Source: a bacterium | GTDB lineage: Bacteria > UBA10199 > 2-02-FULL-50-16 > JAJFLM01 | Length of the DNA: 64,000 bases | Direction of reading: 5' to 3' | Assembly: GCA_965216315.1 (NCBI GenBank) | Contig: CBDCFN010000016.1 | Location: forward strand, 544,001 to 608,000 | Part shown: piece by piece, positions 20,135 through 30,464 of the stretch | How the letters are laid out: every line of letters begins with the position of its first letter | Numbering within the stretch: the stretch's first letter is position 1 | The notes under the pieces: generated by a model | What the model was told of the DNA's origin: nothing | What the model saw: the letters and a program-made list of their open reading frames with translations, nothing else | Database searches by the model: none | Position numbers and translations under genes: made by a program

Positions 20135-20279
20135 GAAGTTCTATTAGTGGCTTCAGGCGGTCAGTGCAAGGAAAATGCTCCATTAGGCGGGTCCTGTCCC
20201 TGGGCGGATCACCCCATTAAATTGCGCCGGGTGATGTGAGCGATTCGTTCTAGTGAGCAACGCGAGCGAGAGGGGGAGG

Positions 20280-20319
20280 CTCCAGGAGCTTTGCTTCTGG
20301 AGGGGGCGACGCTAGCCCC
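20280..20319. terminator. Tandem hairpins just downstream of gdhA (terminator or REP-like)
   Basis: ctccaggagc-ttt-gcttctggag followed by ggggc-gacgcta-gcccc. Confidence 0.45.
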
Positions 20320-20321
20320 TA

Positions 20322-21593
20322 TTACGGAAACAGACCGCGCGTCTTCATGGCACTGCTGATCGTTTCAATAGCCGTTGCCAGGGCCGCCTCGCGCATCGTG
20401 AATTTACGGTGGAGGTGCACGGTATAGGTGTTGTCGAAGGCGCGTAACAGGATGTCGCAAAGACGTTTTTCGATTTCTTCTTTCGTCCAGAGGAGACTCT
20501 GAATGCCCTGGACCCACTCAAAATAACTAACGGTGACTCCGCCGGCATTGGCGAGCACGTCTGGAATGATGAAGAGATCATCATTTTCAGTGAGTATCTT
20601 TTCGGCTTCATTGGTGGTTGGCCCATTCGCCCCTTCGGCGAGGATGCGACACCGGATTTTTTTGGCATTGTTTTTATTGATGACACCGCCAACGGCCGCC
20701 GGTATCAAGATCTCGACATCCAGAGTCAAGAGCTCCTCATTACTAATGTGATCGGCCTCTTTATAGCCTTTTAAAAACTGATTTTCTTTTAGGTAGTTAC
20801 TGATCGAGAGTAGATCCAATCCTTTGTCATTGTAAAGTGCGGTCGTGTGATCGCTAACGGCAACAATGCGACAGCCTTCCTCGGCAAGGAATTCCGCAGC
20901 CGCGGCACCGACCTGTCCAAAACCTTGCACGGCGACTTTTGTTTGGTTGGCGAGCGGGATATGCAGTCGCTTGGCAGCTTCACTGGCCAGGAAACCGCAG
21001 CCGAATCCCGGGGCTTCTTTGCGACCAACGGAACCGCCAATCTCAACCGGTTTACCGGTCACCACTTGTGGAACGGCATGGCCGACCTGAGCACTATAGG
21101 TGTCCATCATCCACGCCATGACTTGGGCGCTTGTCCCCATGTCGGGGGCCGGGATATCGATAGTCGGGCCGATGAAATTAACGATATCCATCGTGTAGCG
21201 CCGCGTGAGCCGTTGCAATTCTCGACGACTCAATGGATGGGTATTAATCGAGACGCCCCCTTTGGCTCCACCCAATGGAAGACCTACGAGTGCTGTTTTC
21301 CAAGTCATGAGCATCGCGAGGGCGGCGACTTCGCCTAAGTTGACGGATTCATGGTAGCGAATGCCTCCTTTGTAAGGGCCGAGGGTGTCGTTGTGCTGGA
21401 CGCGATAGCCGGGAACAACTCGGACCGTATAGTCGTCCATGCGAAAGGGGACGCTGACAATGTGTGCGTGTTCAGGGACGCGGAGTCGATAGAAAAGATT
21501 TTCGTCGAGGTCAATCTTGGAAGCGATTTGCTCGAACTGTAGCTGGACCTCGCGAAATAGCGGTGAATCCCACTCGGCGGCCAGTGCCTTCAT
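20322..21593 (-). CDS. gdhA: Glu/Leu/Phe/Val dehydrogenase (glutamate dehydrogenase)
   Basis: GPYKGGIRY, GGAKGG, DIPAPD, VTGKP, QGFGQVG, EGANGP, NAGGVTVSYFEW. Confidence 0.93.
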   Translation of the reverse strand: MKALAAEWDSPLFREVQLQFEQIASKIDLDENLFYRLRVPEHAHIVSVPFRMDDYTVRVVPGYRVQHNDTLGPYKGGIRYHESVNLGEVAALAMLMTWKTALVGLPLGGAKGGVSINTHPLSRRELQRLTRRYTMDIVNFIGPTIDIPAPDMGTSAQVMAWMMDTYSAQVGHAVPQVVTGKPVEIGGSVGRKEAPGFGCGFLASEAAKRLHIPLANQTKVAVQGFGQVGAAAAEFLAEEGCRIVAVSDHTTALYNDKGLDLLSISNYLKENQFLKGYKEADHISNEELLTLDVEILIPAAVGGVINKNNAKKIRCRILAEGANGPTTNEAEKILTENDDLFIIPDVLANAGGVTVSYFEWVQGIQSLLWTKEEIEKRLCDILLRAFDNTYTVHLHRKFTMREAALATAIETISSAMKTRGLFP

Positions 21594-21641
21594 ATGAGTG
21601 GGATTGTCTCACAAATGACGAAGGGTCCAAAGGCAAAATAT

Positions 21642-22649
21642 CTATTTGCCTAAGAACATTTTAAAGGGGTTGCCGGTGAAGATCAGCCCCACGACGATCC
21701 AGCAAAAGGCGCGGACGCGTCGCAAGAGGACGATGGCAATTCCGGCGACCGCGCCAAGCGGGCCAAACGTAATGGCGAGCATGCCGGCAAAAGCCATCTC
21801 CATGACACCAAAGGCGCCGGGAAGAAAGCAAAACAAAGCGCTGACTAGTGGGGCCAGGGCCGCTAAGAGAAGCGCCCAAGAGAGGGTGAGATCCGGAATC
21901 AGAGCTGAACCGAGCAGGTAAACCTCAGCGACCATAAGGCCTTGGCAGATTAAATGAAGGATAAGGCATTGATAGAAGGTCCCACGTCTCTGGTTGTAAA
22001 AATTGAGGAGCAGACGGTCGTATTCATCTAAGGTGCCGCGTACCGCCGGGCTCTTGCAGCTGCAGGGCAGTCCGCAGGTTGGGATTTTGTCGACCAGCGC
22101 GCTAAAAAAGCCGCTTTTTGCTGTGCGGATCGCGACGACGCAAAAAATACCGATGACAGCCAGCAGAGCGGGAACGACAATGCGAACGACTTGAGGCAGG
22201 CTCGGGGTGTTGAGAAAGGCCACCATCAATCCGACCCAGACGAAGATCCCCAATGCCAGCATGTGGACGGTACGGTCAGTGATGATCGATTCGGCTCCGG
22301 ACTTAGCTTCGTATTTTTTGAGCAGTTGGTGGCCTTGGACCGCGTCGCCGCCGACCAAGGAGAAGGGACTCAGATTGCGTAAGGAGTTGCCGCTGGCCTC
22401 AAGGATGAACAAACTCCAAAAAGAGGCCTTGCTGGGTCCGAGTGCAAATTGCCATGCGAGGCCTTGCAGGAACGCATAAAAAAACGAGATAAGCAGGACC
22501 ATTGGGAAGACGGCGACGCCGTCCAAGCTGTATTCGGCCACCAAGCCGGCGTCTTGGCTGTAAATAAACCATACCAAGAGAAGAACGCTCAGCAAAAAGA
22601 ACGCGAGTGATTTCCAGGGCAACAGCTTTGAGATATTCAGTCCTTGCAT
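21642..22649 (-). CDS. Lysylphosphatidylglycerol synthase TM / flippase-like protein (UPF0104)
   Basis: Multi-TM; P...GGD, DR, PGAFGVME, R...FW motifs. Confidence 0.75.
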   Translation of the reverse strand: MQGLNISKLLPWKSLAFFLLSVLLLVWFIYSQDAGLVAEYSLDGVAVFPMVLLISFFYAFLQGLAWQFALGPSKASFWSLFILEASGNSLRNLSPFSLVGGDAVQGHQLLKKYEAKSGAESIITDRTVHMLALGIFVWVGLMVAFLNTPSLPQVVRIVVPALLAVIGIFCVVAIRTAKSGFFSALVDKIPTCGLPCSCKSPAVRGTLDEYDRLLLNFYNQRRGTFYQCLILHLICQGLMVAEVYLLGSALIPDLTLSWALLLAALAPLVSALFCFLPGAFGVMEMAFAGMLAITFGPLGAVAGIAIVLLRRVRAFCWIVVGLIFTGNPFKMFLGK

Positions 22650-22719
22650 AGGGTCTCCTTAGATTGCGTCAAAAGGTCGCAGGAGTTCTTACAAGAAACT
22701 TAGAGAATTGCAATGAAAT

Positions 22720-23793
22720 CTAAAACACTTCGTCGATGGCGTCTGAGACCAGCTGCCAGGCCGTGCTGTCGGTGCGTAGCGAGCTCGCCTGTTCCAGGTG
22801 AATAAAGCGACCATTAAATCCGGGGGCTGCATCGGTGCATTCATCGGAGCTGCCATTGGTATAGCGTCCCTGGACATTGGTTGTGCCGCAGAGGCTGTCC
22901 GGATCCCCCATCTTGTTACAGCTAACAGCAAAGTCCGGGTCACTGAGGCTATCATCGATAGCCGTCGCCAACTGATTGACGAAGGCGAAGGCGCCGACAT
23001 CTGTTGTGCTTCCATTAGATACGATGGCGCGGGGATCGGATGCATCCGCGCTGAAGCCGTGAAGAGAAATGAATTTTACAAAGTCGACGGTATCATTGGC
23101 CGCTTTATGCGCTTCGTGGAAGAAATTGTCAGTCGCATGGGCGACATCCGAGATGCGGTAGGGACCTTCGGTTCCACAGGCATCGGTTGTTCCCGAGCAG
23201 CTCGATTCAGCGGAATTGGCGCAGCGATGCGTGCCTGCGATAAACAGGGCTTTCGCACGCATATTTTTAAAAATCAGGAGTCCCTCATCCAGGGTGTTTT
23301 CGTCGAAGAGGGGATGGGGCACTTCAATGACAAGTTGTGAGTCGGTCGTTTCATTGATGAGAAACGTGCCTCCCCCATTGCCGCTCTTATCCGTGAGCGC
23401 GATGATTGTATCCCCGTTTTCACTAAAATTTTGTTGTTCGTAATTAAGAGCATCAAGGGTAGCCGTGCTGACGGCGGTTGCCCCGAGTACATCACGGACC
23501 AGCTGATTAAAGTTGGTTAAGTCATCACCGGAGGGTGCTGAAAAGGCATCGCTATCCGCACCGGGAATGGTCAGTCCCGAAATAAGCGCGTCGATGCTGT
23601 CGACCGTGCTGCCGCCACCCGAATCACCGGATCCACTCGAACCACCATTGTCAGAACCGGAAGCGCTGGGATCCCCTGGGCTCGACACTTCACTATCTCC
23701 CACAAAAGTGGGGCCATCCTGGCTGCTGGTGCAGGCCGAAAAGGCGCCTAGTATAACGATGGCTGAAACAATGCTGAAAAACTTAATAATCAC
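22720..23793 (-). CDS. Lipoprotein with putative Zn-hydrolase-like domain
   Basis: Lipobox FSAC, Gly/Ser linker, IEVPHP..D, SDVAH, SLHGF, HLEQ. Confidence 0.65.
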   Translation of the reverse strand: MIIKFFSIVSAIVILGAFSACTSSQDGPTFVGDSEVSSPGDPSASGSDNGGSSGSGDSGGGSTVDSIDALISGLTIPGADSDAFSAPSGDDLTNFNQLVRDVLGATAVSTATLDALNYEQQNFSENGDTIIALTDKSGNGGGTFLINETTDSQLVIEVPHPLFDENTLDEGLLIFKNMRAKALFIAGTHRCANSAESSCSGTTDACGTEGPYRISDVAHATDNFFHEAHKAANDTVDFVKFISLHGFSADASDPRAIVSNGSTTDVGAFAFVNQLATAIDDSLSDPDFAVSCNKMGDPDSLCGTTNVQGRYTNGSSDECTDAAPGFNGRFIHLEQASSLRTDSTAWQLVSDAIDEVF

Positions 23794-23835
23794 GGTAGGT
23801 TTCCCTCCCTCGTTGGTCTTCTACCATTACGAAAT

Positions 23836-23861
23836 TATCGGTCAATTTTTGAAAAAGTTGC
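23836..23861 (-). promoter_or_regulatory. ECF-sigma-like promoter motif GCAAC-N16-CGATA
   Basis: Recurrent motif upstream of the lipoprotein gene. Confidence 0.5.
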
Positions 23862-24003
23862 TGTCTCATTTCTTAAAAATAATCCAATGAAATCAATAGG
23901 TTTAGGATATTCTCGTTGCATTTGGAGGGTGATATGCGTAATAGTAATAGACCTGCTGTTAACGGGGGTTTCCGGGTTTTTCGAGGGATTTATAGGTGCA
24001 ACG

Positions 24004-24378
24004 ATGGATGTTTCTACCGTCAAGAGGGTGCTGATTATCGATGATGATCCGGCCTTGCTAGATGTCCTCAGCCGGCGTGTTCAAAAGAACGCTTATTCCT
24101 GTGAAACGGCACAATCTGCCTCGGAAGGCCTTGAAAAGGCGATGCAAACGCCGCCCGATCTTATTCTCCTCGACCTGATGATGCCAAGGATGAGTGGTTT
24201 TGGTTTTCTGCGCGAACTCAAGCGCCACAAAGAGCTGGCCCATATCCCCGTCGTCGTCCTGACCGGTCTCGGCGATGATGAGGTCGCCAAAGAATCGATG
24301 GACTTAGGCGCTGTGGGGTATCTGACCAAGGACTGTGATCATGGCGAACTCATGCACCTCGTTCAACAACATGCGTGA
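24004..24378 (+). CDS. Single-domain response regulator (receiver)
   Basis: LIIDDD, LLDLMMPRMSG, VLTG, YLTK; ATG 24004 follows AGGTG. Confidence 0.9.
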   Translation: MDVSTVKRVLIIDDDPALLDVLSRRVQKNAYSCETAQSASEGLEKAMQTPPDLILLDLMMPRMSGFGFLRELKRHKELAHIPVVVLTGLGDDEVAKESMDLGAVGYLTKDCDHGELMHLVQQHA

Positions 24379-24415
24379 AGAACGACAGCCTTGGATCTGA
24401 GCTATTCTTGGAGGT

Positions 24416-25381
24416 CTATTGTGCTTGAGGTAACGGCATTTCGGTGAGGCCGAGTTTCTTGAACAATGCCTGATCGGCATCGACTTCCGGATTTGGCGTG
24501 GTGAGGAGTTTTTCACCGGCAAAAATGGAATTGGCGCCGGCCATAAAGGCCAAGGCCTGGGCCTCATCGGACATGGTGCTGCGTCCGGCACTCAAGCGGA
24601 CCATAGATTGAGGCATAATAATCCGTGCCGTCGCGATGCAGCGGACGAGTTCAATCACGTTCATTTCTATCTCGTCGGCAAGGGGCGTGCCTTCGACGCG
24701 GACCAGGCGATTGATCGGGACACTGTTGGGGTGTGGGTCTTGAGTCGCGAGCTCTTGCAGGAGGCCGATGCGATCCGCCCGATCTTCCCCCAAGCCGATA
24801 ATGCCGCCGCAACAGACTTGGAGACCCGCATTGCGGACGTTGTCGAGGGTGGTCAGGCGATCTTCATAGCATCGTGTAGTAATAACTTCTTGGTAAAATT
24901 CCGGGGAGGTATCGAGGTTGTGATTATAGGCCGTGAGTCCTGCCTCTTTAAGTCGTGTGGCCTGCGCAGGGGTTAGCATGCCCAGGGTGCAGCAAACTTC
25001 CATCTCAAGGGCAGCGACTCCGCGCACCATTTCGAGGATCTGATCGAAATCCGGTCCGTCTCTGACTTCGCGCCACGCGGCCCCCATGCAAAAGCGGGTT
25101 GAGCCTGAATCCTTCGCCGCGCGGGCCTTATCCAAGACTTCGTCGAGACCCAGCAGGGGTTCCCGTTCCAGGCCGGTTTGATAGCGCGATGATTGCGGGC
25201 AGTAAGAGCAGTCTTCCGAACAGCCTCCGGTTTTGATCGACAGGAGGGTCGATTTCTGGACTTCACCGCTGACGAAAAATTCACGATGCCGGGTCTGGGC
25301 CTCGTAGAGGAGGTCCAGGAGGGGCCGTGTGTAGATGGCTTCAATTTCTTCTCGAGTCCAGTCGTAGCGCAGTGTTTCCAT
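24416..25381 (-). CDS. bioB: Biotin synthase
   Basis: Radical-[45 protein letters not shown]. Confidence 0.97.
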   Translation of the reverse strand: METLRYDWTREEIEAIYTRPLLDLLYEAQTRHREFFVSGEVQKSTLLSIKTGGCSEDCSYCPQSSRYQTGLEREPLLGLDEVLDKARAAKDSGSTRFCMGAAWREVRDGPDFDQILEMVRGVAALEMEVCCTLGMLTPAQATRLKEAGLTAYNHNLDTSPEFYQEVITTRCYEDRLTTLDNVRNAGLQVCCGGIIGLGEDRADRIGLLQELATQDPHPNSVPINRLVRVEGTPLADEIEMNVIELVRCIATARIIMPQSMVRLSAGRSTMSDEAQALAFMAGANSIFAGEKLLTTPNPEVDADQALFKKLGLTEMPLPQAQ

Positions 25382-25402
25382 AAGCTCCCTAGATTATTCA
25401 AA

Positions 25403-25428
25403 CATCGGCAGCTAAGTCCAGGAGTTGC
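25403..25428 (-). promoter_or_regulatory. ECF-sigma-like promoter motif GCAAC-N16-CGATG
   Basis: Recurrent motif upstream of bioB. Confidence 0.4.
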
Positions 25429-25538
25429 TTGCTAATTTTGAGGAGGTCGCATCACTTCAAGGAATTGCCAGAACCCCCTTGATTGAACGGGGATAAATCA
25501 GTAGAAACAGGCCCGGGGGCAGGGAATCCACGAAGATT

Positions 25539-26432
25539 ATGGAAGCGCAAAGCAATACACAGGTTCGGTCATTTTCACTCGGTCTGACGCCGGTCGACAA
25601 ATTCTTTTTGGCCTACAACGTCCTGGTTTTGGCCCTCGTCGGTGTTTTTGGAAGCGAACGTCCTGATTTTACGTCGCTCATCGTTTGGCATGTGACTCTT
25701 ACGGGACTCACGTTTTTGCTCGCCATCTATGAGATGCGGCAGGGGGGTAGGATCGCCGCGTTTCTACGCTTCGCCTATCCCGCGGTTTTGTTGCCCTTTG
25801 TTCACTACGAGTCGGGGCTCTTAAGTCCGCTGGTAACCGACGGCTACTTTGATGCATGGTTTGTTTCTATTGATCGTTTTTTGTTTGGGCGCGATCTTTA
25901 CGCTTGGTTGGCTCCCAATGTTGGTGGCCTCGTCATGAATGAAATCATGAATGCTGCCTATTTTGCTTTTTATTTGCTGATACTGGGCACGCTATTGGGG
26001 ACTTATTTTTGGCGTCGGCATTGGACGGGCGAACTGATTTTTGTGCTGACCTTATGTCTCTATGCGCATTATTTCTTTTTCATTGTTTTTCCCGTCGTCG
26101 GTCCGACAGATTTGCGCCCTGCCCTTTTTGCGGCCCAGGAAGGCTGGATCACACCGTTTGTTTATAACGTCGTGGCCAGCGGCGATACGGCCGGGGGAGC
26201 CTTTCCTTCCAGCCATTGCGCCGGCGCCGTACTGCTCAATTGTTATGCCGGGCGCATCTTTGGAAAGAAGATAGGCTGGCTGCTAGCGCCGCTATCGGTG
26301 TTGATTGTTCTCTCCAGCATCTATCTCTCGATGCATTACGTGATCGATAGTATTGCCGGGATTATTGTTGGTGCTTTTTTCTTTTGGTATGGTCCGCGGG
26401 TTTACCGAATGTTGAGAAAAGAAGAGACTTAA
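25539..26432 (+). CDS. PAP2-superfamily membrane phosphotransferase (Aur1/IPC-synthase-like)
   Basis: Multi-TM; FPVVGP, AFPSSH and HYVID motifs. Confidence 0.75.
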   Translation: MEAQSNTQVRSFSLGLTPVDKFFLAYNVLVLALVGVFGSERPDFTSLIVWHVTLTGLTFLLAIYEMRQGGRIAAFLRFAYPAVLLPFVHYESGLLSPLVTDGYFDAWFVSIDRFLFGRDLYAWLAPNVGGLVMNEIMNAAYFAFYLLILGTLLGTYFWRRHWTGELIFVLTLCLYAHYFFFIVFPVVGPTDLRPALFAAQEGWITPFVYNVVASGDTAGGAFPSSHCAGAVLLNCYAGRIFGKKIGWLLAPLSVLIVLSSIYLSMHYVIDSIAGIIVGAFFFWYGPRVYRMLRKEET

Positions 26433-26433
26433 T

Positions 26434-27672
26434 ATGGACTTACTCAACGAAATCGCCAGTTGGACGACGCAATTTGAGGCCGGCGGCCATGATGTGCTCG
26501 CGAAGGCCGAGCAATGGCAACTCTATGATCAGGTGTCCGGCACCGGACTCTATCCTTATTTTCAGCCACTTGATGAAAACCAAGGTCCGGTAGCGCGCTA
26601 CGATGGCCGCGAGGTCCTGATGTTGGGATCGAATAATTACATTGGACTGACGACGCATCCCAAGGTGCGGGAAGCGGCGGTTGAGGCCGTGCGCAAATAC
26701 GGGACCGGCATGACGGGATCACGTTTTCTCAATGGGAGTATGCGCCTTCATGAAGAACTGGAAGGAAAACTCGCCTCGTTTTTAGAAAAAGAGGCGGCCT
26801 TGGTTTTTACGACGGGCTATCAAGCCAATCTGGGTATGTTGACCGCGCTGATTAACAAACACTCGGTGGCGGTTGTCGACCGCTTTGCCCATGCGAGCAT
26901 TCATGATGGCTGTCGTCTGATGGAAGGGGAGAATCTCAAATTTGAGCATAATGACGTGAACGACCTGGCACAGGTGTTGGCATCGATCCCGAAAGATAAA
27001 GGGCCGCTGGTCTGTGTCGATGGTGTTTATAGCATGGAAGGGGATTTGGCTCCGCTGCCCGAATATTTGAAACTCGTGAAACAATACAAGGTGCGCTTTG
27101 CAGTTGACGATGCGCATGGCCTCGGCGTGATGGGGCCCGGCGGACGAGGGACCTGCCACCATTTCGGCGTCCAAGATGAAGTCGATCTCATTGTCGGGAC
27201 GTTTAGCAAGAGTCTGGCAAGCACCGGTGGTTTTGTAGCGGGCACTAAAAAGGCCGTCGATTTCATCAAGCACTTTGGCCGTCCGATGATCTTCTCAGCC
27301 TCGCTGACTCCGGCGTGTACGGCTGCCGCCGATGCAGCCCTGGAAATTTTAATGCAAGAGCCAGAACGTGCGGAACAGGTGCGCGCCAATACGATGGCAA
27401 TGAAAAAGGGGCTCGACGAAATCGGTTATCAGACCGGCGAGGCCGCTGCGGCGATTGTTCCTGTCGTCATAGGGAACAGCATGATGACTTTTATGATCTG
27501 GAAAGAACTCTTGGATGAAGGGGTGTACACGAATCCCGTTCTGTATCCGGCGGTGGCGAAGGGGCAGGAAATGTTGCGCACCAGTTACCTGTCGACTCAT
27601 ACGGAAGAACACTTAAGTCGCGCTCTCGATATTTTTAAGCGGGTCGGCCGTAATTATGACATCTGCCCGTAA
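26434..27672 (+). CDS. spt: Serine palmitoyltransferase (alpha-oxoamine synthase)
   Basis: GSNNYIGL, GSRFLNG, TTGYQAN, HASI, DDAHG, PLP-Lys motif GTFSKS, IFSASL; overlaps a bCerS-like GNAT gene. Confidence 0.82.
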   Translation: MDLLNEIASWTTQFEAGGHDVLAKAEQWQLYDQVSGTGLYPYFQPLDENQGPVARYDGREVLMLGSNNYIGLTTHPKVREAAVEAVRKYGTGMTGSRFLNGSMRLHEELEGKLASFLEKEAALVFTTGYQANLGMLTALINKHSVAVVDRFAHASIHDGCRLMEGENLKFEHNDVNDLAQVLASIPKDKGPLVCVDGVYSMEGDLAPLPEYLKLVKQYKVRFAVDDAHGLGVMGPGGRGTCHHFGVQDEVDLIVGTFSKSLASTGGFVAGTKKAVDFIKHFGRPMIFSASLTPACTAAADAALEILMQEPERAEQVRANTMAMKKGLDEIGYQTGEAAAAIVPVVIGNSMMTFMIWKELLDEGVYTNPVLYPAVAKGQEMLRTSYLSTHTEEHLSRALDIFKRVGRNYDICP

Positions 27673-28801
27673 TGGAATCGAAATCCGCCCGGTAAAATCG
27701 CGCCGGGATCTCAAGGATTTTATTCAGCTACCATGGCGCATCTATCGGGACGATCCCGCCTGGATCCCACCTTTGCTGGCTGAGGAAAAGAAGCGACTGA
27801 ACCGGAATAAGAATCCCTTTTTTGAACATGCCGAAGCCGAATATTTTTTAGCTTTCCATAACGGTGAACTCGTCGGGCGGATTACGGCGCAAATCGATCG
27901 GCTTCACAATAAGACCCACAATGAAAAGACGGGATTCTTCGGTTTTTTTGAAACTGTCGATGAGCCAGCCGTGGCACACGCTTTGCTCGACCAGGCGGCG
28001 ACTTGGTTGCAGGCGCGTGGCATGGAATGCATGAGAGGGCCGTTCAACTTTTCGATCAATGAAGAGTCCGGAATTCTGATTAAAGGGCATGAGCATGCTC
28101 CCTTTGTGCTGACGACGCATAGTCCGGATTACTATGCTGCATTGCTGGAGACAGCCGGTTTGAACAAAGTGAAAGATCTCTACTGTTGGCGCTATGATTC
28201 AACGCGGCCTGTTCCGGAGATGGCGCAAGAAATAGCTGATGAAGTCCGAAAATATCCGGGGCTCACGCTGCGCGAAATCGATCCTAAGCGCATCTATGAT
28301 GACGTCAATATTTTGATCGATGTCTTCAATTCGGCCTGGCAACAAAATTGGGGCTTTGTGCCGTTAACAACCAATGAAATTAAAAAGGCAGCCGAGGATT
28401 TCAAGATGATCCTTGAACCGAAATTGGCGTTGATCGCGGAAGTTAATGGTGTGCCGGCGGCTATCTCGCTGGCCATTCCAAATCTCAATGAAATCATTCG
28501 TGATCTGAATGGTCGGCTCTTTCCGACAGGGTTTCTCAAGTTACTGTATCGACTCAAGCGAAAAAAATGCCGTTCCGCAAGGCTAATGTTGCTTGGGATT
28601 AAAAAAGAGTTTCGTGGCGATGTCTTGAATGGCCTCGTTGTTTTGCTTTACTCGGAAATGCATCGTCGTTCCCAGGAGTTAAAGCATTGGGGCGGAGAGC
28701 TCTCCTGGACTCTAGAAGATAATCAAAAGATCAACGTGGGAATTCAGATGATGGGCGGGGAGAACTACAAGACCTATCGGGTGTTTGAGCGGGCGATTTA
28801 A
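27656..28801 (+). CDS. GNAT protein, bacterial ceramide synthase (bCerS)-like
   Basis: FIQLPW.IY..DP.WIPPL, NPFFEH, GRI, GFFGFFE, RGP, NWGFVP, ELSWTLEDN, YKTYR; overlaps spt. Confidence 0.78.
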   Translation: MTSARNGIEIRPVKSRRDLKDFIQLPWRIYRDDPAWIPPLLAEEKKRLNRNKNPFFEHAEAEYFLAFHNGELVGRITAQIDRLHNKTHNEKTGFFGFFETVDEPAVAHALLDQAATWLQARGMECMRGPFNFSINEESGILIKGHEHAPFVLTTHSPDYYAALLETAGLNKVKDLYCWRYDSTRPVPEMAQEIADEVRKYPGLTLREIDPKRIYDDVNILIDVFNSAWQQNWGFVPLTTNEIKKAAEDFKMILEPKLALIAEVNGVPAAISLAIPNLNEIIRDLNGRLFPTGFLKLLYRLKRKKCRSARLMLLGIKKEFRGDVLNGLVVLLYSEMHRRSQELKHWGGELSWTLEDNQKINVGIQMMGGENYKTYRVFERAI

Positions 28802-28950
28802 TGTCTAACGGGGGTTGACCCGAGCCGCCTACACGTGTTTTAAAGCTACGCAAGAATTATCACCTATCATTCAGAAGTGTCCTTTTCTCAGTATCCGCAA
28901 GATTTGCAAAAAGAGCCACCGCTGGAATTGAGCAAGGAAAAGGAAGCTTC

Positions 28951-30444
28951 ATGTCATCGTCAAAAAAACAACAGGTCCTGTTTTCGGATCTTGGTTTAAA
29001 TCCAAAATTAATCAAGTCGCTTGAGGAGATTGGCTATGAAGCGCCTACGCCGATTCAAGCGCAAACGATTCCACATCTATTAGAGGGCAAAGACATTGTT
29101 GGGCAGGCACAGACAGGAACGGGGAAAACGGCTGCTTTCGCCCTTCCTCTTTTGTCACGACTTAACCTGAAAAAGACTGGTCCGTTAGTTCTTGTATTAA
29201 CTCCAACTCGAGAGCTTGGGATTCAAGTGGCCGAGGCGTTTCAACGTTATGCCGCTCCACTAAAAGATTTTCATGTGCTGCCAGTGTATGGCGGTGCGAA
29301 TATGAGCGTTCAGATGAAGCAGCTCAAGCGTGGAGTACATGTTGTCGTGGGTACGCCAGGTCGCCTGATGGACCATATGAGACGAGGGACACTTAAACTC
29401 GACAAGTTGGACGCGCTTGTTTTGGATGAAGCGGATGAAATGCTTCGCATGGGTTTCATCGATGATGTGGATTGGATTTTGTCACACACCCCAGCGACGA
29501 GGCAGATCGCTTTGTTTTCAGCAACCATGCCCAAGCCTATTCGGCAAATTGCCAAGAAGTATCTTCAAGCCCCTAAGGAAATTACCATCAAGCTCAAAAC
29601 AACGACGGCTGAAACGATTAATCAACGTTTTTGCTTCGTCTCAGGGATGAAAAAGCTCGATATTTTGACACGTATTTTAGAGACAGAAGGCTTTGATGGC
29701 GTTTTGGTTTTTGTGCGGACTAAAAATTCGACCAAGCACTTAGCAAGTAAGCTGGCGGCGCGAGGTTATGCCTGCTCGGCTTTAAACGGTGATATTGCGC
29801 AGAAAGCTCGAGAGAAGACGGTAGAAAAATTTAAAAATGGCAGGCTGGATATCGTAGTGGCCACCGATGTTGCTGCCCGTGGGCTCGACGTGAAACGGAT
29901 TAGTCATGTGATCAATTTTGATATCCCGTATGACACCGAATCGTATGTTCACCGCATCGGCCGAACGGGTCGAGCGGGTCGCGAAGGGGAGGCCATTTTA
30001 TTTGTCGCTCCTCGTGAAAGGAATTTGTTGACTGCGATTGAGAGAGCGACGAAACAGAAAATTACTCCAATGAAATTGCCGAGCAAAGAGGCCGCATCTC
30101 AAAAGAGACGGGAGCAATTTAAGGAGCAAGTTCAAGTAATTCTTGATCAAGGGAATCTTCAGTCTCAGTTTCGTATCCTGGAGCAATATCAGCAAGAGTG
30201 GGGAATGACCCTTAAAGAGCTTGCAGCAGTATTATTGAAACTGCTCGAAAATAAAAATCCAGTTTTTAAAGAGAGAGGAAAGGCTGGGCCCGCAGAAGAA
30301 CGTAAACCGCGACGACCTAAGTACGGTGCTAAAAATAAAAAAATACCCAAGCAGAAAAAGAAATCATCTACTCGAAATAAAAAGACATCGGTTAATAAGA
30401 AGAGGCGGGGAAAAAGAGGAAGAATGAAAAGAATCACTGACTGA
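28951..30444 (+). CDS. deaD: DEAD-box RNA helicase (DeaD/CsdA-like) with Lys/Arg-rich tail
   Basis: Q motif, AQTGTGKT, PTREL, DEAD, SAT, ARGLD, HRIGRTGR. Confidence 0.9.
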   Translation: MSSSKKQQVLFSDLGLNPKLIKSLEEIGYEAPTPIQAQTIPHLLEGKDIVGQAQTGTGKTAAFALPLLSRLNLKKTGPLVLVLTPTRELGIQVAEAFQRYAAPLKDFHVLPVYGGANMSVQMKQLKRGVHVVVGTPGRLMDHMRRGTLKLDKLDALVLDEADEMLRMGFIDDVDWILSHTPATRQIALFSATMPKPIRQIAKKYLQAPKEITIKLKTTTAETINQRFCFVSGMKKLDILTRILETEGFDGVLVFVRTKNSTKHLASKLAARGYACSALNGDIAQKAREKTVEKFKNGRLDIVVATDVAARGLDVKRISHVINFDIPYDTESYVHRIGRTGRAGREGEAILFVAPRERNLLTAIERATKQKITPMKLPSKEAASQKRREQFKEQVQVILDQGNLQSQFRILEQYQQEWGMTLKELAAVLLKLLENKNPVFKERGKAGPAEERKPRRPKYGAKNKKIPKQKKKSSTRNKKTSVNKKRRGKRGRMKRITD

Positions 30445-30464
30445 CAACTTCGCTGCAATCACAT

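Noticed and set aside
26434..27672. bioF (8-amino-7-oxononanoate synthase), suggested by the neighbouring bioB
   Set aside because: Divergent from bioB, has the SPT-type GTFSKS and IFSAS motifs, and is coupled to bCerS-like and PAP2 genes.
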